A DNA stretch of 64,000 nucleotides from Botryllus schlosseri (Eukaryota): assembly GCA_051294905.1 (NCBI GenBank), contig CM119386.1, positions 13,578,001 to 13,642,000 on the forward strand, written 5' to 3'. Shown here in pieces: positions 61,187 to 64,000 of this stretch. The notes beneath the pieces were generated by a model. The model worked only from the letters and a program-made list of their open reading frames with translations, was not told the DNA's origin and did no database searches. Made by a program: the position numbers and the translations under genes. Position 1 is the stretch's first letter. The number at the start of each line of letters is the position of its first letter.

Positions 61187-63106
61187 ATGGCTGGCACTGC
61201 ACGCGCTCCGAATTTCAGCACAGCTGAAAAAAATGGATTTATCGACTTGATTGGAAAATACCCCGTTTTGATTACCAGCAAAACTAGTGGACAGAGCGAT
61301 AAGGATTTTAGAAGGAATAAAGAAGCGGCCTGGCGCAAACTTGTCAGTGAATTCAATTCATCAGGAATTGCACAAGTGGAGAGAAATGAGGACAAGTTGA
61401 AAAAACTCTGGAAAAATTTGAAGAGCGATTGTAAAAAGCATGAGGCGCAACGAGTACGGGAGCAAAGAAAAACTGGTGGTGGAATACCTGACCTTCAACC
61501 AACTGCATCAGACATGATCTATGCCAAGATCAAAAGTAGGTGCTGCAGTAATCCATCATTCCTTGTGTAGACTACATAATAATTCAGGATTGTTTTTCAC
61601 AGGTTTGATACCAAGTCAAATAAGTAGCATCCCCAGTCAATTTGATGATGATTCAATATCAGTACAAGTGCAACAAGAGTCATATGCAGGCTGCGAAACA
61701 CAAATGGAGGCGCCATCTTTCAGCACCACAGAAAATGTAGCAGGCATAGAACTGCCATGCTCTGAAATAGGTCTATATATATCTGTATATACACTTGAAT
61801 GGTGATAACATGATCTAATACGATTTATCTTTAGGTTCTTCTGAAACTTCTATGGTCGAACTTTTTTCCGTTCCGACACTGAACCGTAAGTATACAATAC
61901 AATTTCTATTCACTGCTTGAGAATTTACTGGATATTTTCTGATAGATCCTAGTTCACCTGATCTGTCAACGTCTGGGGTTGCAGTTGGAACTTCAACTTC
62001 TACTTCTACTTGCTCCGTCATGAACAATCCACTACCAAATCAAGGTAAATTCGCATTCATTTCTGATTTAACCATTGTCTATTTCTGGGATGGCCGGACA
62101 TTTGTGCGGCCGTCGACACGTAATTCAATTAGTATGTGCTTGCGGCCGTCAACATGCAAATTGAATTTCGGAATTGAGAGATTTTAATTATTCTTGAAAT
62201 TTTCAATTCGGCTTCATTTTTCAACTACAATATAGTAATTGAATTATGCAATCTGATCCCCAGAATATAGTAGCCTACAGATGCGAGCAGCAGAGGAAAA
62301 TAATTCAGAATAGATTAGAATAATGCAGAAATAGATTAGTACGCAGTTCACCGGAAATGGACACGGACAGATAAACATGTGTAGTTGACGTCCATTTTGT
62401 TCATTACGTCTAGGTCCTGGAATACGGCCATAGACTACACGAGAAATTGAAATGCGGCCATATCAGAAGTAACTTTCATGTTATGTTACCATGGTCATTG
62501 GTCATTGATCAGGGTATAACGTGGATTCAAAAATGATGGCTATTCAGTCCGTGTACCAGGAATATTCAGAACTCTGGATATCCATGTTTCAGACGTACGA
62601 AACTGTGTTAACATCCCTATGCTTATGCAACCAGTTACAATTAAGTTTCGATTCACTTGAATTTTTCCAAATAAGCATCAGGGATCTTGACCACTATAAT
62701 TATGAAAACCCGCTTTACTTGCCAAAGCATGATAAAATCACTTTTCGCAGACCAGGAACGGACTTGAAAAGTGCTGGTCTACGGACCAGAGGTTGCCGAC
62801 CCCTGCAATCAACTGCGGAATTTTGGACATATTGCAGCAATATAAATATCAACATTTTTTTTAAACTCATGGTATTTATCATTTTCATCTTTCCAAACAG
62901 CTCGCTCTAAGCCTAAGGCCACCTATGAAGAAATGAGGTTGGATGTACTAAACGCTAAATTGGAGGAGAGCAAGGCTAAAAAAAGACTCCTGGAAAAGGA
63001 TTTGGAAATGAGAGTTACGGAGACGAGAATGAGACAAATTGAGCATGATCTCAAAGTGAATCATTATAAAAAAAAGTCCGAGATGCTGGACAAAAAGTAT
63101 CAGTGA
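61187..63106 (+). CDS. Myb/SANT-like DNA-binding protein of a Harbinger transposon, 5 exons, ~290 aa
   Basis: Exons: 61187-61535, 61603-61770, 61835-61885, 61946-62044, 62901-63106 (873 nt, phase-consistent). The N-terminus is RAPNFSTAEK...KEAAWRKLVSEFN...LKKLWKNLK...RKTGGG and the C-terminus is coiled-coil-like. The middle exons are less certain. Confidence 0.8.
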
Positions 63107-63432
63107 ATTTTTGCTCACTGAATCCAGTGTCTGATCCAATTTTCTGTATACTTCGTTCAATTTCGTTGACACGCCATTCTTTTCTTGCCGAGGTTTTCCA
63201 CACTGCTCATGCTATCCTGTATTGCAATTTATAAAATTGATTCCACCGTTTTTCTACACCGCTTAAGCGCTTATGCTATCCTGCTATACTGTTTTATGCT
63301 ATCCTGCTATACTGTGTTAAACTTACTATCAGCCGCTATGCGAATTTTCATTTTTACATGACACACGCAATAAAGCTCATGTTTGTTTCTTTGTAATTGA
63401 AATGGAATGTGTAGAAAAAGAATATTCATGGA

Positions 63433-64000
63433 TTAGTTTGAAAAGTGTCTCAAAATTATGCTTTGTCGCTCGGATTGTCCAGAAGGAGTCGATGCGACAT
63501 GAGGGTGGTCTGAAGCATCTGGTTCGAATACGTCATCAACTTCCGTTTCATCAGTCATCTGTCGTGTCCGAATTGCCAGATTATGAAGGCAGGTTATGGC
63601 CACGACGATATTCGTGGAATTGCTGAGCTTGGTCCTCATCGGTATAGCTAAGGCGAAAAATCTTTTTTTCAGCATGCCAAAGCACTGCTCTATGCGAGAG
63701 CGGGTTACAATATGAGCGTGATTATACTTTTTTTCGGCAGATGTTCTTGGTGATAATAGTGGTGTAAGTAAGTAGCTCCTCAGTGGATATCCATTATCCC
63801 CAAGCAAATATCCATCGATTTGATTATCTTCGAATCGATCACGGATCACCGAATTGTCAAAGATTCTTGAATCGTGACAAGATCCATACCAACGTGTGAC
63901 AATGTTTGTTACGACTCGCTGTGCATCACATATCATTTGAACGTTCAATGAAAAATAACCTTTTCTGTTCCGGAACACCTCTGCATTATCACCGCCAGGG
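63433..64000 (-). CDS. PIF/Harbinger (HARBI1-like) DDE transposase, C-terminal part (runs off the right edge)
   Basis: Open frame PGGDNAEVFRNRKGYFSLNVQMICD...WYGSCHDSRIF...LLGDNGYP...YNHAHIVTRSRIEQCFGMLKKRF, with TAA at 63433-63435. Confidence 0.93.
   Translation of the reverse strand, partial: PGGDNAEVFRNRKGYFSLNVQMICDAQRVVTNIVTRWYGSCHDSRIFDNSVIRDRFEDNQIDGYLLGDNGYPLRSYLLTPLLSPRTSAEKKYNHAHIVTRSRIEQCFGMLKKRFFALAIPMRTKLSNSTNIVVAITCLHNLAIRTRQMTDETEVDDVFEPDASDHPHVASTPSGQSERQSIILRHFSN

Larger units (their letters stand above)
61187..64000. mobile_element. Harbinger-type element (two convergent genes; termini not located)
   Basis: A Myb/SANT gene plus a DDE transposase is the established two-gene organisation of autonomous PIF/Harbinger elements. 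Confidence 0.8.

Overview
AT-rich, intron-containing animal genomic DNA. It is plausibly a tunicate or other marine invertebrate, which is an inference from intron size, protein divergence and the repeat families present. Left half, minus strand: three SLC22/organic-cation-transporter-family paralogs. Copy C is intact (22660-33733, 12 exons, 577 aa, one GC-AG intron). Copy B is a rearranged pseudogene (6069-17805) whose exons 10-11 lie in a ~2.6-kb inverted duplication. Copy A is the 5' end of a third gene (921-3127) with one in-frame TAA. Right half, plus strand: a complete alpha-catenin gene (43514-58016, 19 coding exons, 906 aa), head-to-head with copy C. At the right edge is a Harbinger-type transposon with a spliced Myb/SANT gene and a convergent DDE transposase. 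Non-coding space is dense with hAT-type MITEs (many with 8-bp TSDs), tRNA-derived SINE heads and a foldback-like element built from telomere-like repeats. Several Penelope-like element (PLE) fragments end in minimal type I hammerhead-ribozyme motifs, including a tandem pair and a U3-A8 covariant core. All coordinates were read by hand and may be off by a few bases; no database searches were run.
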